Origin: Candidatus Binatia bacterium
GTDB lineage: Bacteria > Desulfobacterota > Binatia > UBA12015
DNA: 60,117 bases
Direction of reading: 5' to 3'
NCBI GenBank assembly: GCA_019749875.1
Contig: JAIEPK010000090.1
Coordinates: 1 to 60,117, forward strand
Shown here: positions 18,940-28,165 of the stretch, one piece after another
Position numbering within the stretch: the stretch's first letter is position 1
How the letters are laid out: every line of letters begins with the position of its first letter
Program-made: the position numbers and the translations under genes
Notes under the pieces: generated by a model
What the model was told of the DNA's origin: nothing
Seen by the model: the letters and a program-made list of their open reading frames with translations, nothing else
The model's database searches: none

Positions 18940-19895
18940 TGCTGCTGGGTGCGGAACCAGTCGATGGTCTTCGCGAGGCCCTCGCGCAGCGGGACCTCGG
19001 CCGTCACGCCGAGCACCTTGCGCATCTTGCTCGCGTCAGGAACGCGGCGCGCGATGTCCTCGTAGCTCGTGCCGTAGACCTGCTCCTTGGTCACGAACTC
19101 GATCGTGCTCTTGCTGCCGGACACCTCGATCATCAGCTTCGCGAGCTCGAGGATCGAGGTCTCGACGTCGGTGCCGATGTTGAACACCTCGCCGTCGGTG
19201 CCCTCGTTCATCCCGGCGGCGATGGTCGCCTGCACGGCGTCGTCGATGTACGTGAAGCAGCGCGTCTGCTTGCCGTCGCCGATCACGGTGAGCGGCTCGT
19301 TGCGCAGCAGCTGGCCCATGAAGATCGTGATGATGCGGCCGACGTCGATCTTGTCGAGGCGCGGGCCGTACACGTTGAAGTAGCGCGTGATGGTCACCGG
19401 CAGGCCGAGCTTGTGGTAGGCGAAGCAGAAGTGCTCGCCGACGGCCTTCGAGGTCGAGTAGCACCAGCGGTCGATCTTCGTGGAGCCGAGCACGCGGTCG
19501 TCGTCCTCGGACCACGGCAGCTTCGGATTGCGGCCGTAGACCTCGGACGTCGAGCTGAACACGACTTTGCGGCCGTACTTGAACGCGACCTTGAGCACGT
19601 TCTGCGTGCCGTTCACGTTGACGTTCAGGACCTCGTAGGGATCGCCGACGTAGTGCTCGACGCCGACCACTGCCGCGAGGTGGTAGACCAGGTCGACCTG
19701 CGCGACCAGCGAGTCGAGGATGTCGAGCGCCATGACGCTGTCGCGCACGACGCGGAAGCGCGGGTGGCCGAGCAGGTGGCGAACCTTGGACGTTCCGCCG
19801 GGCTCGAGAATGAACACCTCGTCGCCGCGCACGAGCAGCGCTTCCGCGAGATGCGATCCGACGAATCCGCCTCCTCCGGTGATCAGCACCTTCAC
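18936..19895 (-). CDS. NAD-dependent epimerase/decarboxylase (UDP-glucuronate decarboxylase, ArnA C-terminal-like)
   Basis: GTG 19895 with an AAGGAG RBS; TGGGGFVGSHL, STSEVYG, RWCYSTSK, RYFNVYGPR and QTRCFTYI. Confidence 0.88.
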   Translation of the reverse strand: MKVLITGGGGFVGSHLAEALLVRGDEVFILEPGGTSKVRHLLGHPRFRVVRDSVMALDILDSLVAQVDLVYHLAAVVGVEHYVGDPYEVLNVNVNGTQNVLKVAFKYGRKVVFSSTSEVYGRNPKLPWSEDDDRVLGSTKIDRWCYSTSKAVGEHFCFAYHKLGLPVTITRYFNVYGPRLDKIDVGRIITIFMGQLLRNEPLTVIGDGKQTRCFTYIDDAVQATIAAGMNEGTDGEVFNIGTDVETSILELAKLMIEVSGSKSTIEFVTKEQVYGTSYEDIARRVPDASKMRKVLGVTAEVPLREGLAKTIDWFRTQQQ

Positions 19896-19933
19896 GTCGT
19901 CACTCTCCTTGCGTTCGCGTACCGCTCGCGCGG

Positions 19934-20884
19934 TCAGTCCTTCTTCGTCTGCGTAGCGAACCGCGCGCCCGGCGCGAGCCCGGCGGCGCGCGCCCACGTC
20001 GTTCCGGCCACGGCCTCGCCGCCGTCCCAGGCGATGCTGGCGATCTCGATCAGGCCCTCGCCGGTCGCGACCAGCAGCGCGTCGCCGCCGCGGTCGTCCG
20101 CGACGACCGTGCCCGGCGCCGCTCCGGAGCGCGTGGCCGGCCGCGTCTCGGCCCACCACACGAGCACCTTCCGACCGTCGAGCGTCGTGCAGGCCCCCGG
20201 CCAGGGATCGGTCACGGCGCGCACCAGGTTGCGGATCGACTCTGCGGGGCGCGTCCAGTCGATCTCGCCGTCGGCGGGCTTTCGTCCGCCGAAGTACGAC
20301 GATCGAGTGTGGTCCTGCGGCATGCGCGGTGCCGTGCCGTCGATCAGCTTCGGGTAGACCTCGCGCAGCAGGAGGCGCGATTCGGCGGCGAGCTTGCGCG
20401 TCAAGCTGAGCGCGGTGTCGTCGCGCGCGATCGCGATGCGACGCTGTGCGACGATCGCACCGTGGTCGGGCTTCTCGTCCATCTCGTGGAGCGTGATCCC
20501 GGTCTCGCTCTCGCCGTTGACGAGCACCCAGTTGACCGGTGCGCGCCCGCGATACCGCGGCAGGCACGAGCCGTGCAGGTTCAATGCGCCCCGCGACGGC
20601 AGCGCCAGCACGCGCGTCTTCATCATCAGCCGGTAGTAGAACGAGAACAGGAAGTCCGGCTTCACGGCGGCGATGGTCGCGACGCTGTCGTCGGTGTTGA
20701 TGTCGTCCGGAGTCACGACCGGTAGGCCGGCCGAGCGCGCGAGCGCTGCGACGGAGTGAAACCAGATCTTCTCCCCCGGCGCGTCTTCGTGCGTCACCAC
20801 GAGGCCCACGTCGGCCCCCAGGTCGAGGAGCTCGGCGAGGGCCTCGTGGCCCACCTCGCCGTACGCGCAGACGACGTGCGGCAC
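19934..20884 (-). CDS. Formyltransferase (ArnA N-terminal domain as a standalone gene)
   Basis: AYGEVG, VVTHED..E.IWF.SV, FSFYYR, NLHGSCLPRYRGRAPVNWVLVNGE and RAVTDPWPGA. Confidence 0.9.
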   Translation of the reverse strand: MPHVVCAYGEVGHEALAELLDLGADVGLVVTHEDAPGEKIWFHSVAALARSAGLPVVTPDDINTDDSVATIAAVKPDFLFSFYYRLMMKTRVLALPSRGALNLHGSCLPRYRGRAPVNWVLVNGESETGITLHEMDEKPDHGAIVAQRRIAIARDDTALSLTRKLAAESRLLLREVYPKLIDGTAPRMPQDHTRSSYFGGRKPADGEIDWTRPAESIRNLVRAVTDPWPGACTTLDGRKVLVWWAETRPATRSGAAPGTVVADDRGGDALLVATGEGLIEIASIAWDGGEAVAGTTWARAAGLAPGARFATQTKKD

Positions 20885-20891
20885 GAAGTGC

Positions 20892-21890
20892 TCAGCGCGT
20901 CTCTTGCGGCGGCGTCATCGATTGCGCCACCACCTCGCGGATCCGGTACACCGGCCGACGCCGCACCTCGGCGTAGATCCGCCCGACGTACTCGCCGACC
21001 AGTCCCACCGCGAGCAGCAGCACGCCGACGAAGGCGAACAGGATCGCGAACAGCGTGAACACACCCTCGCTCTCCGGACCGACGATGAAGCGCCGCACCA
21101 TCAGGAACGCGGCGAAGGCGATGCCGGAGAGCGCGACCAGCACGCCCGTCAAGCTCACCATCTGGATCGGCAGCAGCGAGAAGCCGGTGATCAGGTCGAA
21201 GCCCAGACGCATCAGCTTGAGCGGCGAATACTTCGACTCCCCGCGACCGCGCTCCTCGTGCGCGACGTGGATCTCGACCGGGTCGCGCGCGATCATCATC
21301 GCAAGAGCCGGGATGAACATCGACTGCTCGGCGAGCTCGATGATCTCGTCGGTGACCTCGCGCGAGTAGCCGCGCAGCATGCAGCCGTAGTCGCTCATGC
21401 CGACGCCCATGCTGACCGTCGTGACGGTGTTGACCATCGCCGAGACCTGCTTGCGCAGCCACGGATCCTGCCGGTTTTCCCGTACGGACCCGACGACGTC
21501 GTGGCCGCTTCTCAGCTCGGCGAGGATGCGCGGGATCTCGCTCGGCGGGTTCTGCAGATCCGCATCGAGCGTGACGATGTAACGTCCCCGCGCGATCGAG
21601 AAGCCCGCGAGCACCGCCGGGTGCTGTCCGAAGTTTCGCGCGAGCTCGACCGCGACGACCTCGGAGTGCTCGGCCGCGAGCTCGTGCAGGATCTCGCGTG
21701 AGCGGTCGCGCGAGCCGTCGTTCACCAGCACGATCTCCCAGCTCTCGCCATCGAGCGCGGCCGCGACCGCATCGTACAGCTCGTGCAGCGTCGCTTCCTC
21801 GTTGAAGACCGGCACGACGATGGAGATCTCGGGCGCTGCACCGCGCAGGAACGGGCGCGGCCCCGGCGCGCCGACGGAGTACGGGCTCAC
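20892..21890 (-). CDS. arnC: Undecaprenyl-phosphate glycosyltransferase, ArnC-like (GT2)
   Basis: ISIVVPVFNEE, VNDGSRD, RNFGQHPAVLAGF, TLDADLQNPP, DYGCMLR and GEYVGRIY. Confidence 0.88.
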   Translation of the reverse strand: MSPYSVGAPGPRPFLRGAAPEISIVVPVFNEEATLHELYDAVAAALDGESWEIVLVNDGSRDRSREILHELAAEHSEVVAVELARNFGQHPAVLAGFSIARGRYIVTLDADLQNPPSEIPRILAELRSGHDVVGSVRENRQDPWLRKQVSAMVNTVTTVSMGVGMSDYGCMLRGYSREVTDEIIELAEQSMFIPALAMMIARDPVEIHVAHEERGRGESKYSPLKLMRLGFDLITGFSLLPIQMVSLTGVLVALSGIAFAAFLMVRRFIVGPESEGVFTLFAILFAFVGVLLLAVGLVGEYVGRIYAEVRRRPVYRIREVVAQSMTPPQETR

Positions 21891-23080
21891 GCCGCTCCTC
21901 CACCCGCACGACGGGACGCCGCCGACGCGCTGCCGCGCGTATGGCGACGCACGACGCCCGCGAGCGCATCGACCACCGTCGCCACGTCGGCATCGGTCAT
22001 GTCCGGATAGAGCGGCAGCGACAGGATGCGCTGGAAGGCGTCGGTCGCGACCGCGAGCTTGGACGGATCGTCGACCATCGGACGGTAGAGCGTCTGCAGG
22101 TGCAGCGGCACGAAGTGCAGCCCCGGCGCCACACCCTTCTCTTTCAGCTCGGAGATCACCTGGTCGCGGGTCGCCGTGAGCGCCTCCAGCTCGAGCTGCA
22201 CGACCATCAGGTGCCACGCGTTGACGTGCGGATAGGAGGCGCGTTCGAGCGGCGTGACGTGCGGCACGTCCGCGAGCTGCGCGAGGTACTGGTCCGCGAG
22301 CTGCGCGCGGCGCGCGTTCATCTCGCCGAGACGCGCGAGCTGGTGCAGCCCGATCGCCGCCTGCAGGTCGGTGAAGTTGTACTTGAAGCCAGCCTCGACG
22401 ACGTCGTAGGCGCCGGCACCGCGCCCGCCGAAGCGGCTCTCCGCGTTCTGATCGATGCCGTGGAAGCGCAGCCGCTGCGCGCGCGCCGCGATCGCGTCGG
22501 AATCGGTCACCAGCGCGCCGCCCTCGCCCGTGGTGAGATTCTTCGCGGGGTGGAAGCTGAACATCGTCGCGTCGCCGAAGGTTCCGATCGGCTTGCCGCG
22601 GAACGACGCGCCGAGCGCGTGCGCCGCGTCCTCGATGAGCAGCAGACCGTGCTCCTTCGCGAGCGTTGCCAGCGCATCCTCGTCGCAGGGCTGGCCGGCA
22701 AAGTGGACCGGCAGCAGAGCTTTCGTCCGCGGCGTGACCGCCTCGGGGATGCGGCGGCAGTCGATGTTCAGGGTGCCGGGCTCGATGTCGACGAAGACCG
22801 GTCGCGCCCCGGCGTGCAGCAGGACGTTCGCCGTCGAGACCCAAGTCATCGGCGTGGTGATGACCTCGTCACCCGGTCCGATCCCGGCCGCGAGCACCGC
22901 CAGATGCAGCGCCGCCGTCCCCGACGAGGCGCCGAGCGCATGCTTCACGCCCAGAGAAGCGGCGAGCTCGCGCTCGAACCGCTGCGCGCGGGGACCCGTC
23001 GAGAGCCAGCCCGAGCGCAGGCACGCCTCCACCTCGGCGATCTCGGCATCCCCGACGGAAGGGCGCGCGTAAGGAATCAT
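21887..23080 (-). CDS. arnB: DegT/DnrJ/EryC1/StrS aminotransferase, ArnB-like
   Basis: SGWLSTGP, SGTAALHL, PVHFAG, IEDAAHALG, FSFHPAKNLTTGEGG and GFKYN; arn context. Confidence 0.88.
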   Translation of the reverse strand: MIPYARPSVGDAEIAEVEACLRSGWLSTGPRAQRFERELAASLGVKHALGASSGTAALHLAVLAAGIGPGDEVITTPMTWVSTANVLLHAGARPVFVDIEPGTLNIDCRRIPEAVTPRTKALLPVHFAGQPCDEDALATLAKEHGLLLIEDAAHALGASFRGKPIGTFGDATMFSFHPAKNLTTGEGGALVTDSDAIAARAQRLRFHGIDQNAESRFGGRGAGAYDVVEAGFKYNFTDLQAAIGLHQLARLGEMNARRAQLADQYLAQLADVPHVTPLERASYPHVNAWHLMVVQLELEALTATRDQVISELKEKGVAPGLHFVPLHLQTLYRPMVDDPSKLAVATDAFQRILSLPLYPDMTDADVATVVDALAGVVRRHTRGSASAASRRAGGGAA

Positions 23081-23239
23081 CTCGGGAGATCCCGCTACCA
23101 GACGCCGACGCACGGCAGCAAATCGCGCGGGCCTCATCGCGCGCTTCCGGGGAGCGTCGGCGATCGCGAGGAAAAATCCATTCCTTCGCCTTGACGCCAT
23201 GACGCGCCGTGTTAACTGCCCATCGGGAGGTACGAGACG

Positions 23240-23680
23240 ATGAGCAGCAAGACCGAAACGTCCATGTGGACGCCGCTGCAGGATGCCGTCGCGCAGGCGC
23301 GCACCCTGGACAAGCAGGCGCGAAAGATCGCCAAACAGACCGCCGACGAGCTCTACAGCCGCTCCGAGGCTTTGCTGACCCAGGCGCAGAAGCGCTCGGC
23401 CAAGACCGTCAAGACGGTGCGCAAGAACGTCGAGGCGGCGCTCGAAACGATCGAGTCGCGGACGGTCCGCTTCTCGGACGTTCCGGACTGGGCGCGAAAG
23501 CAGCTGGACGAAGCCCGCAAGCAGCTGGCCGATGCCGAGACGCAGCTCCGCAAGGGCGTCGAGGTGGTCGCGCGCGGCCTGCACATCGCGCTCGACAAGG
23601 ACGTCGACAGCCTGCGTCGCAAGCTGTCGCACCTCGAGAAGCGGGTGAACGAGCTCGCGGGCGAGAGCAAGGCCGCCTGA
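23240..23680 (+). CDS. Phasin-like (PHA granule-associated) coiled-coil protein
   Basis: GGAGG RBS; helical protein ending LHIALDKDVDSLRRKLSHLEKRVNEL, as in PhaF/PhaI-type phasins. Confidence 0.6.
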   Translation: MSSKTETSMWTPLQDAVAQARTLDKQARKIAKQTADELYSRSEALLTQAQKRSAKTVKTVRKNVEAALETIESRTVRFSDVPDWARKQLDEARKQLADAETQLRKGVEVVARGLHIALDKDVDSLRRKLSHLEKRVNELAGESKAA

Positions 23681-23694
23681 CGACGAAACGGACG

Positions 23695-23730
23695 GCGGCG
23701 CAGCCCCGGATCGGGTGCGCCGCAGCATTT
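23695..23730 (+). terminator. Probable intrinsic terminator after the phasin-like gene
   Basis: GCGGCGCA...TGCGCCGC stem followed by a weak T tract. Confidence 0.45.
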
Positions 23731-23773
23731 CCGTGAACGCTAAGCCAGCGTAGAGACTGGCGAATCGAACGAT

Positions 23774-23796
23774 GGGACCGGCTCACCGCCGGTCCC
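23774..23796 (-). terminator. Hairpin downstream of the FmdB-like gene
   Basis: GGGACCGGC-TCACC-GCCGGTCCC perfect 9-bp stem between convergent genes. Confidence 0.45.
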
Positions 23797-23812
23797 CCGA
23801 AGGGAATGCGGC

Positions 23813-24127
23813 TCAGGCCGCCGCGGAGGCCGACGACCCCTTCTTGTCGGCCTTCTTTTCCTTCTTCTCGGACTTGGTCTCGCTCGAGCTGCTGCTCGAG
23901 CCCGAGTCATCGGACTTCGACTCCGAAGCGCCACCGCCGCCACCGCCGTCCTTGCGGCCGTAGTCGGTGATGTACCAGCCGCCGCCCTTCAGGTGGAACG
24001 CGGGGTTGGAGATCAGCTTGGTCACCTTCGCCTTGCAGGTCGGACACTTCTTGAGCGGCCCATCGGTGATCTTCTGCATCTGATCGAAGTCGCCACACTT
24101 CGGGCAGTTGTATTCGTAGATCGGCAT
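23813..24127 (-). CDS. FmdB family zinc-ribbon protein
   Basis: [12 protein letters not shown]...CPTC...[13 protein letters not shown] with a low-complexity tail. Confidence 0.9.
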   Translation of the reverse strand: MPIYEYNCPKCGDFDQMQKITDGPLKKCPTCKAKVTKLISNPAFHLKGGGWYITDYGRKDGGGGGGASESKSDDSGSSSSSSETKSEKKEKKADKKGSSASAAA

Positions 24128-24176
24128 CGTCGAGCACTCCTCCGGACCAGCAGGTCTCGCGGAGCTTTAAGAACAC

Positions 24177-24509
24177 CTAGTTGAATTGTCCACCCAGGAT
24201 CGCCGATCCGCCGCCGATGCTCGCCGCGAGCTGATAGAGCGTCTTCACCAGGAACACCTGCAGGAAGGTGATCGCCAGCAGGACCACGATCGGCGTGAAG
24301 TCGACTCCACCGAAGGCCAGCGGCAGCACCCGCCGTACCCGGTACATGACCGGCTCCGTTGCGGAGCGGAGGAAGCGGACGATCGGGTTGTAGGGGTCGG
24401 GGTTGACCCACGACAGCACGGCGCTTGCGATGATGATCCACCAGTAGATGTTCAGCACCGCGTTCACGACGACCGCTGTCGCGACCAGGAAGTTACTCAG
24501 GACGAACAT
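24177..24509 (-). CDS. yggT: YggT family membrane protein
   Basis: AVLSWVNPDPYNPIVRFL..ATEPV and GGVDFTPIV. Confidence 0.92.
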   Translation of the reverse strand: MFVLSNFLVATAVVVNAVLNIYWWIIIASAVLSWVNPDPYNPIVRFLRSATEPVMYRVRRVLPLAFGGVDFTPIVVLLAITFLQVFLVKTLYQLAASIGGGSAILGGQFN

Positions 24510-24629
24510 CGGGACGCTCCTCTCCGCGCGAGGGACGACCGCCCCTCGACCCGCCGGGCCCTACCCCACGGTGATCCAATCCCCTGCCGGGTCACGAAGA
24601 ACGTGCCCGGAGTGGGCGCCGGCGATGCG

Positions 24630-25433
24630 CTAGCCAGCCGACAGCTCCTTCGATCGCCGTGCCGCCGAGTCGATCGCCGCTCCGATCGCACGCGCGAAGC
24701 CGCGCGCCTCGAGCGCCTCCAGCCCCGCGAGCGTGGTGCCGCCCGGCGACGTCACCATCGCGCGAAGCTTGTCGGGCGGATCCCCCGACGCGCGCCAGAG
24801 CGTGGCCGCCCCGAACAGGGTCTGCTTCACCAGCCGCTCCGCGAGCGCCGGAGCGAGCCCCGCCGACTCGGCTGCCTTCAGCCATGCTTCGGCGAACGCG
24901 AACACGAAGCCCGGCCCGCTCCCGCTGACCGCGGTGACCGCGTCGAGCAGCGACTCGTCGTCCACCACCACCGCGTCGCCGATGCTGGTGAAGAGGTCGC
25001 GCGCGGCTTCGATGTCGTCCGCGGTCGCGGCCCCGCCACCGACGAGCACGGTGATGCCCTCGCGGACCAGCGCCGGCGTGTTCGGCATCGCCCGCACCAG
25101 GCGACAGCTCGCACCGAGCTTGCGGGCGAGGCTCTTCAGCGTGAAGCCCGCAGCGATGGAAACGACGATCTGCTCCGCACGCACGCGACCGGCGAGCTTG
25201 TCGAGCACGCTCGCGAGCACCTGCGGCTTCACCGCGAGCACCAGCACGTCGGCCGCGCCCACCACCTCGTCGAGGTTCGTCGCGACGCTACCGCCAGTCT
25301 CCTGCGCGAAGCGGTCGCGTGCCGCCGGGTCGGGATCGGTCGCGAGGATGCGCGTCCCCGGCTTGCCGGCCGCGATCCCGCCACCCATCGCACGCGCCAT
25401 GTTGCCGGCGCCGATGAAGCCGACGCAGCTCAC
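24630..25433 (-). CDS. proC: Pyrroline-5-carboxylate reductase
   Basis: GFIGAGNMA, LAVKPQ, SIAAG, VRAMPNTP, TAVSGSGP and VTSPGGTT. Confidence 0.95.
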   Translation of the reverse strand: MSCVGFIGAGNMARAMGGGIAAGKPGTRILATDPDPAARDRFAQETGGSVATNLDEVVGAADVLVLAVKPQVLASVLDKLAGRVRAEQIVVSIAAGFTLKSLARKLGASCRLVRAMPNTPALVREGITVLVGGGAATADDIEAARDLFTSIGDAVVVDDESLLDAVTAVSGSGPGFVFAFAEAWLKAAESAGLAPALAERLVKQTLFGAATLWRASGDPPDKLRAMVTSPGGTTLAGLEALEARGFARAIGAAIDSAARRSKELSAG

Positions 25434-26722
25434 GCGGGAGCTCCCGCCGGGCGCACCCGCGGGCCGAAGATCGCGGTCCCGAGCCGCACCAGAGTGGCGC
25501 CTTCGGCGATCGCCTCCGGATAGTCGTCGCTCATGCCCATGGACAGCTCCGTCACGCGCTCGTAGCCCATGCCGCGCAGATCGTCGACCTGCTGGCGGAG
25601 CGACGCGAACGTACGGCGTGTGGCGGTGGCGTCGGCGTCGAGCGGGCCGATCGTCATGAGCCCGCGCAGCTCGAAGCCTCGCAGCTCCGCGAGCCTCCGG
25701 ACGTGAGCGACGACGTCCTCCGGCGCGACGCCGGCCTTCTTCGGGTCGCGCGCCACGTTCACCTGCAGGAGCCCGCTGACGATCTGGGTCGCGCGTCGTA
25801 CCAGCGCGTCCGCGACCTCGAGGCGGTCGATCGCATGGAACAGATCGAAGCTGCGCACCGCGAGCGCCGCCTTGTTGGTCTGCAGTGGCCCGATGAAGTG
25901 CCAGCGCGTCGTGGCCGCGCCGCCGAGCTGCGCGACTTCGGCACGTTTGCGCGCGCCTTCCTGAACGTAGTTCTCGCCGACGTCGGTGGCCCCAGCCGCG
26001 ATCGCGGCCTGCACCAGAGCCGCGGGATGTCCCTTGGTCACCGCGACCAGGCGACAAGACTCGGGCGAGCGTCCGGCAGCGACGGTACGCGCCGCGACCT
26101 CGCCCTGCACGGCGCGCAGACGCAGAGCGACCGCTTCCGCCGGCAGCGGCGACACCGGCTCCGGGATCCCGAGCCGCCGCGCCGACTCCTCGAGGCCTTC
26201 GAGCGGCAGCCCGATCACACCGGTCACCGAGCCCTGCACGGACGCGACGAAGCGCGCCGCCCCGCCCTGGATCGCGTAGGCGCCTGCCTTGTCGTGCGGC
26301 TCGCCCGTCGCGACGTAGTCGCGGATCTCGCCGTCGGCGAGCTCGCGGAAGCACACCGCGCTGCGCGACACGTCGTGGTGCACGACCTCGCCGCCGCGCG
26401 CCCAGGCGAAGCCCGTCAAGACCAGATGCGACGCCGCGGCGAGACGGGCCAGCATGCGGCACGCGTCTGCGTCGTCCACCGGCTTGCCGAAGATGTCGTC
26501 GCCCTGCGCGACCACCGTGTCGGCGCCGAGCACCCACGCACCCGGATGCTCGCGACTGAGACGCAGCGCCTTGTCGCGCGCGAGCCGGCGCACGTGCGCC
26601 TCGGGATCCTCGTCGCCGAGCCGTCGCTCGTCGATCTCGGCGGGCAGGACGTCGAACGGCCACGTGACGCGCGCGAGGATCTCGCGACGCCGCGGCGACG
26701 CCGACGCGAGGATCACCCGCAT
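25430..26722 (-). CDS. Fused Maf (YhdE-type NTP pyrophosphatase) and YggS/PLPBP (PLP homeostasis protein)
   Basis: N-half ILASASPRRREIL, GADTVV, DKAGAYAIQG, VIGLP; C-half VAVTK, GENYVQE, WHFIGPLQTNK, LSMGMSDDY, VRLGTAIFG; one uninterrupted 430-codon frame. Confidence 0.9.
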   Translation of the reverse strand: MRVILASASPRRREILARVTWPFDVLPAEIDERRLGDEDPEAHVRRLARDKALRLSREHPGAWVLGADTVVAQGDDIFGKPVDDADACRMLARLAAASHLVLTGFAWARGGEVVHHDVSRSAVCFRELADGEIRDYVATGEPHDKAGAYAIQGGAARFVASVQGSVTGVIGLPLEGLEESARRLGIPEPVSPLPAEAVALRLRAVQGEVAARTVAAGRSPESCRLVAVTKGHPAALVQAAIAAGATDVGENYVQEGARKRAEVAQLGGAATTRWHFIGPLQTNKAALAVRSFDLFHAIDRLEVADALVRRATQIVSGLLQVNVARDPKKAGVAPEDVVAHVRRLAELRGFELRGLMTIGPLDADATATRRTFASLRQQVDDLRGMGYERVTELSMGMSDDYPEAIAEGATLVRLGTAIFGPRVRPAGAPA

Positions 26723-28131
26723 CGCGCTTCGAGGCTCCGCGCGAGCCGCCCGACGACACCGCCGAAGGCGCCGTTCGAGAGCGCGACCACGACGTCGCCC
26801 GGTACCGCCTCGCGCTCGACGAGCTCCACGACGGCGTCGTGCGTCTCGAGCGCACACGCGGCCTGCGCGGTTCGCCCGGCATCGCGCGCGGCTTCCTCGG
26901 GTGAGAAGCGCTCGGACTCCGCGAGCTGGCCCTGGTTGTGCACCGGACCGACGATCACGCGATCCGCGCTGCCGAGCGCCGCACCGATCTCGCGCTGGAA
27001 CGTCCGTCGGCGGCTGGTGTTGGAGCGCGGGTCGAACATCGCCCACAGCCGACGGCCCGGGTAACGGCTCCGCACGGCGGCGATCGTCGCCGCGATCGCC
27101 GTCGGATGGTGCGCGAAGTCGTCGATCAGCGTGATCGGCTCGGCAACGAGGATCTGTTGCCGTCGCCGTACGCCGTGGAAGCTCGCCGCGGCGCGGCGGA
27201 TCGCCTCGGGCTCGACGCCGAGCGCGCGGCAGATCGCCGTCACGCCGAGGACGTTGCGGGCGTTCATCGTGCCGAGCAGCGGCGTCGTGAGCGCGATCTG
27301 CTCCCCTGGACCGGCGGCGACGAAGCGCAGCCCTTCGGGCGTGTCCGAGAGCTCGCGCACCGACCAGTCGGCACCGCGCGACGGATCGTCGCTGAACGTG
27401 AGGAACGGCTTGCCGGCCCGCTGCGCGACGTCGATTGCGTGCGGGAAGTCCGCGCACACCAGCAGCGGCGCGCCGTCGGGCAGCAGACCGATCAGGCGCT
27501 CGAAGCTCTGCTTGACGTGGTCGAGGTCGCGGTAGATGTCGGCGTGGTCGAACTCGACCGCGTTCAGCAACAGCGCCTGCGGGCAGTAGTGGAAGAACTT
27601 GGCTTCCTTGTCGAAGTAGGCGGAGTCGTACTCGTCGCCTTCGAGCACGAACTCGCGCCCGCGACCGAGCGCGTAGCTGCGCGGCAGGTCGAGCGGCATG
27701 CCGCCGATGAACCAGCCAGGATCGCGTCCCGCTTCGCGAAGGACCGTTGCACAGAACGTCGCGGTAGTGGTCTTGCCGTGCGTCCCCGCGATTACCACCG
27801 GCAAGCGCCCGGGCAGGCAGAGCCACTCCAGCGCCTCGGGAAGAGAGATGGTCGGGATGCCCTGCAGGCGCGCCGCGATCGCCTCGGGATTCTTTGCCGG
27901 GATCGCGTTGCCCATGACGACGAGGTCCGGGCGCGGCTCGAGGTTCTCCGCCCGATAGCCCTTCACCACCTGAACCCCGAGGCGCGCCAGCTCGTCGCTC
28001 GCAGGCGGATAGATCTCGAGATCCGAGCCGCGCACCCGGTGCCCGAGCTCCGTCAGGAGACCGGCCAGTGCCGCCATGCCGACGCCACCGATGGCGGTCA
28101 TGTGAATCGACCGTTGCGGAGCGATCTTCAA
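26713..28131 (-). CDS. mpl: Murein peptide ligase (Mpl/MurC family)
   Basis: IGGVGMAALA, GSD..IYPP.S, AGTHGKTTT, EGDEYDSAYFDK..KF, EFDHADIY, DDFAHHPTAI, PRSNTS and SNGAFGG. Confidence 0.88.
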   Translation of the reverse strand: MKIAPQRSIHMTAIGGVGMAALAGLLTELGHRVRGSDLEIYPPASDELARLGVQVVKGYRAENLEPRPDLVVMGNAIPAKNPEAIAARLQGIPTISLPEALEWLCLPGRLPVVIAGTHGKTTTATFCATVLREAGRDPGWFIGGMPLDLPRSYALGRGREFVLEGDEYDSAYFDKEAKFFHYCPQALLLNAVEFDHADIYRDLDHVKQSFERLIGLLPDGAPLLVCADFPHAIDVAQRAGKPFLTFSDDPSRGADWSVRELSDTPEGLRFVAAGPGEQIALTTPLLGTMNARNVLGVTAICRALGVEPEAIRRAAASFHGVRRRQQILVAEPITLIDDFAHHPTAIAATIAAVRSRYPGRRLWAMFDPRSNTSRRRTFQREIGAALGSADRVIVGPVHNQGQLAESERFSPEEAARDAGRTAQAACALETHDAVVELVEREAVPGDVVVALSNGAFGGVVGRLARSLEARCG

Positions 28132-28165
28132 CGAGGAGCCCCCATCGTCAGCACAAGAGCGGTCT

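Noticed and set aside
23830-23950. Gly/Ser/Lys low-complexity repeats
   Set aside because: Ordinary disordered tail of FmdB-family proteins
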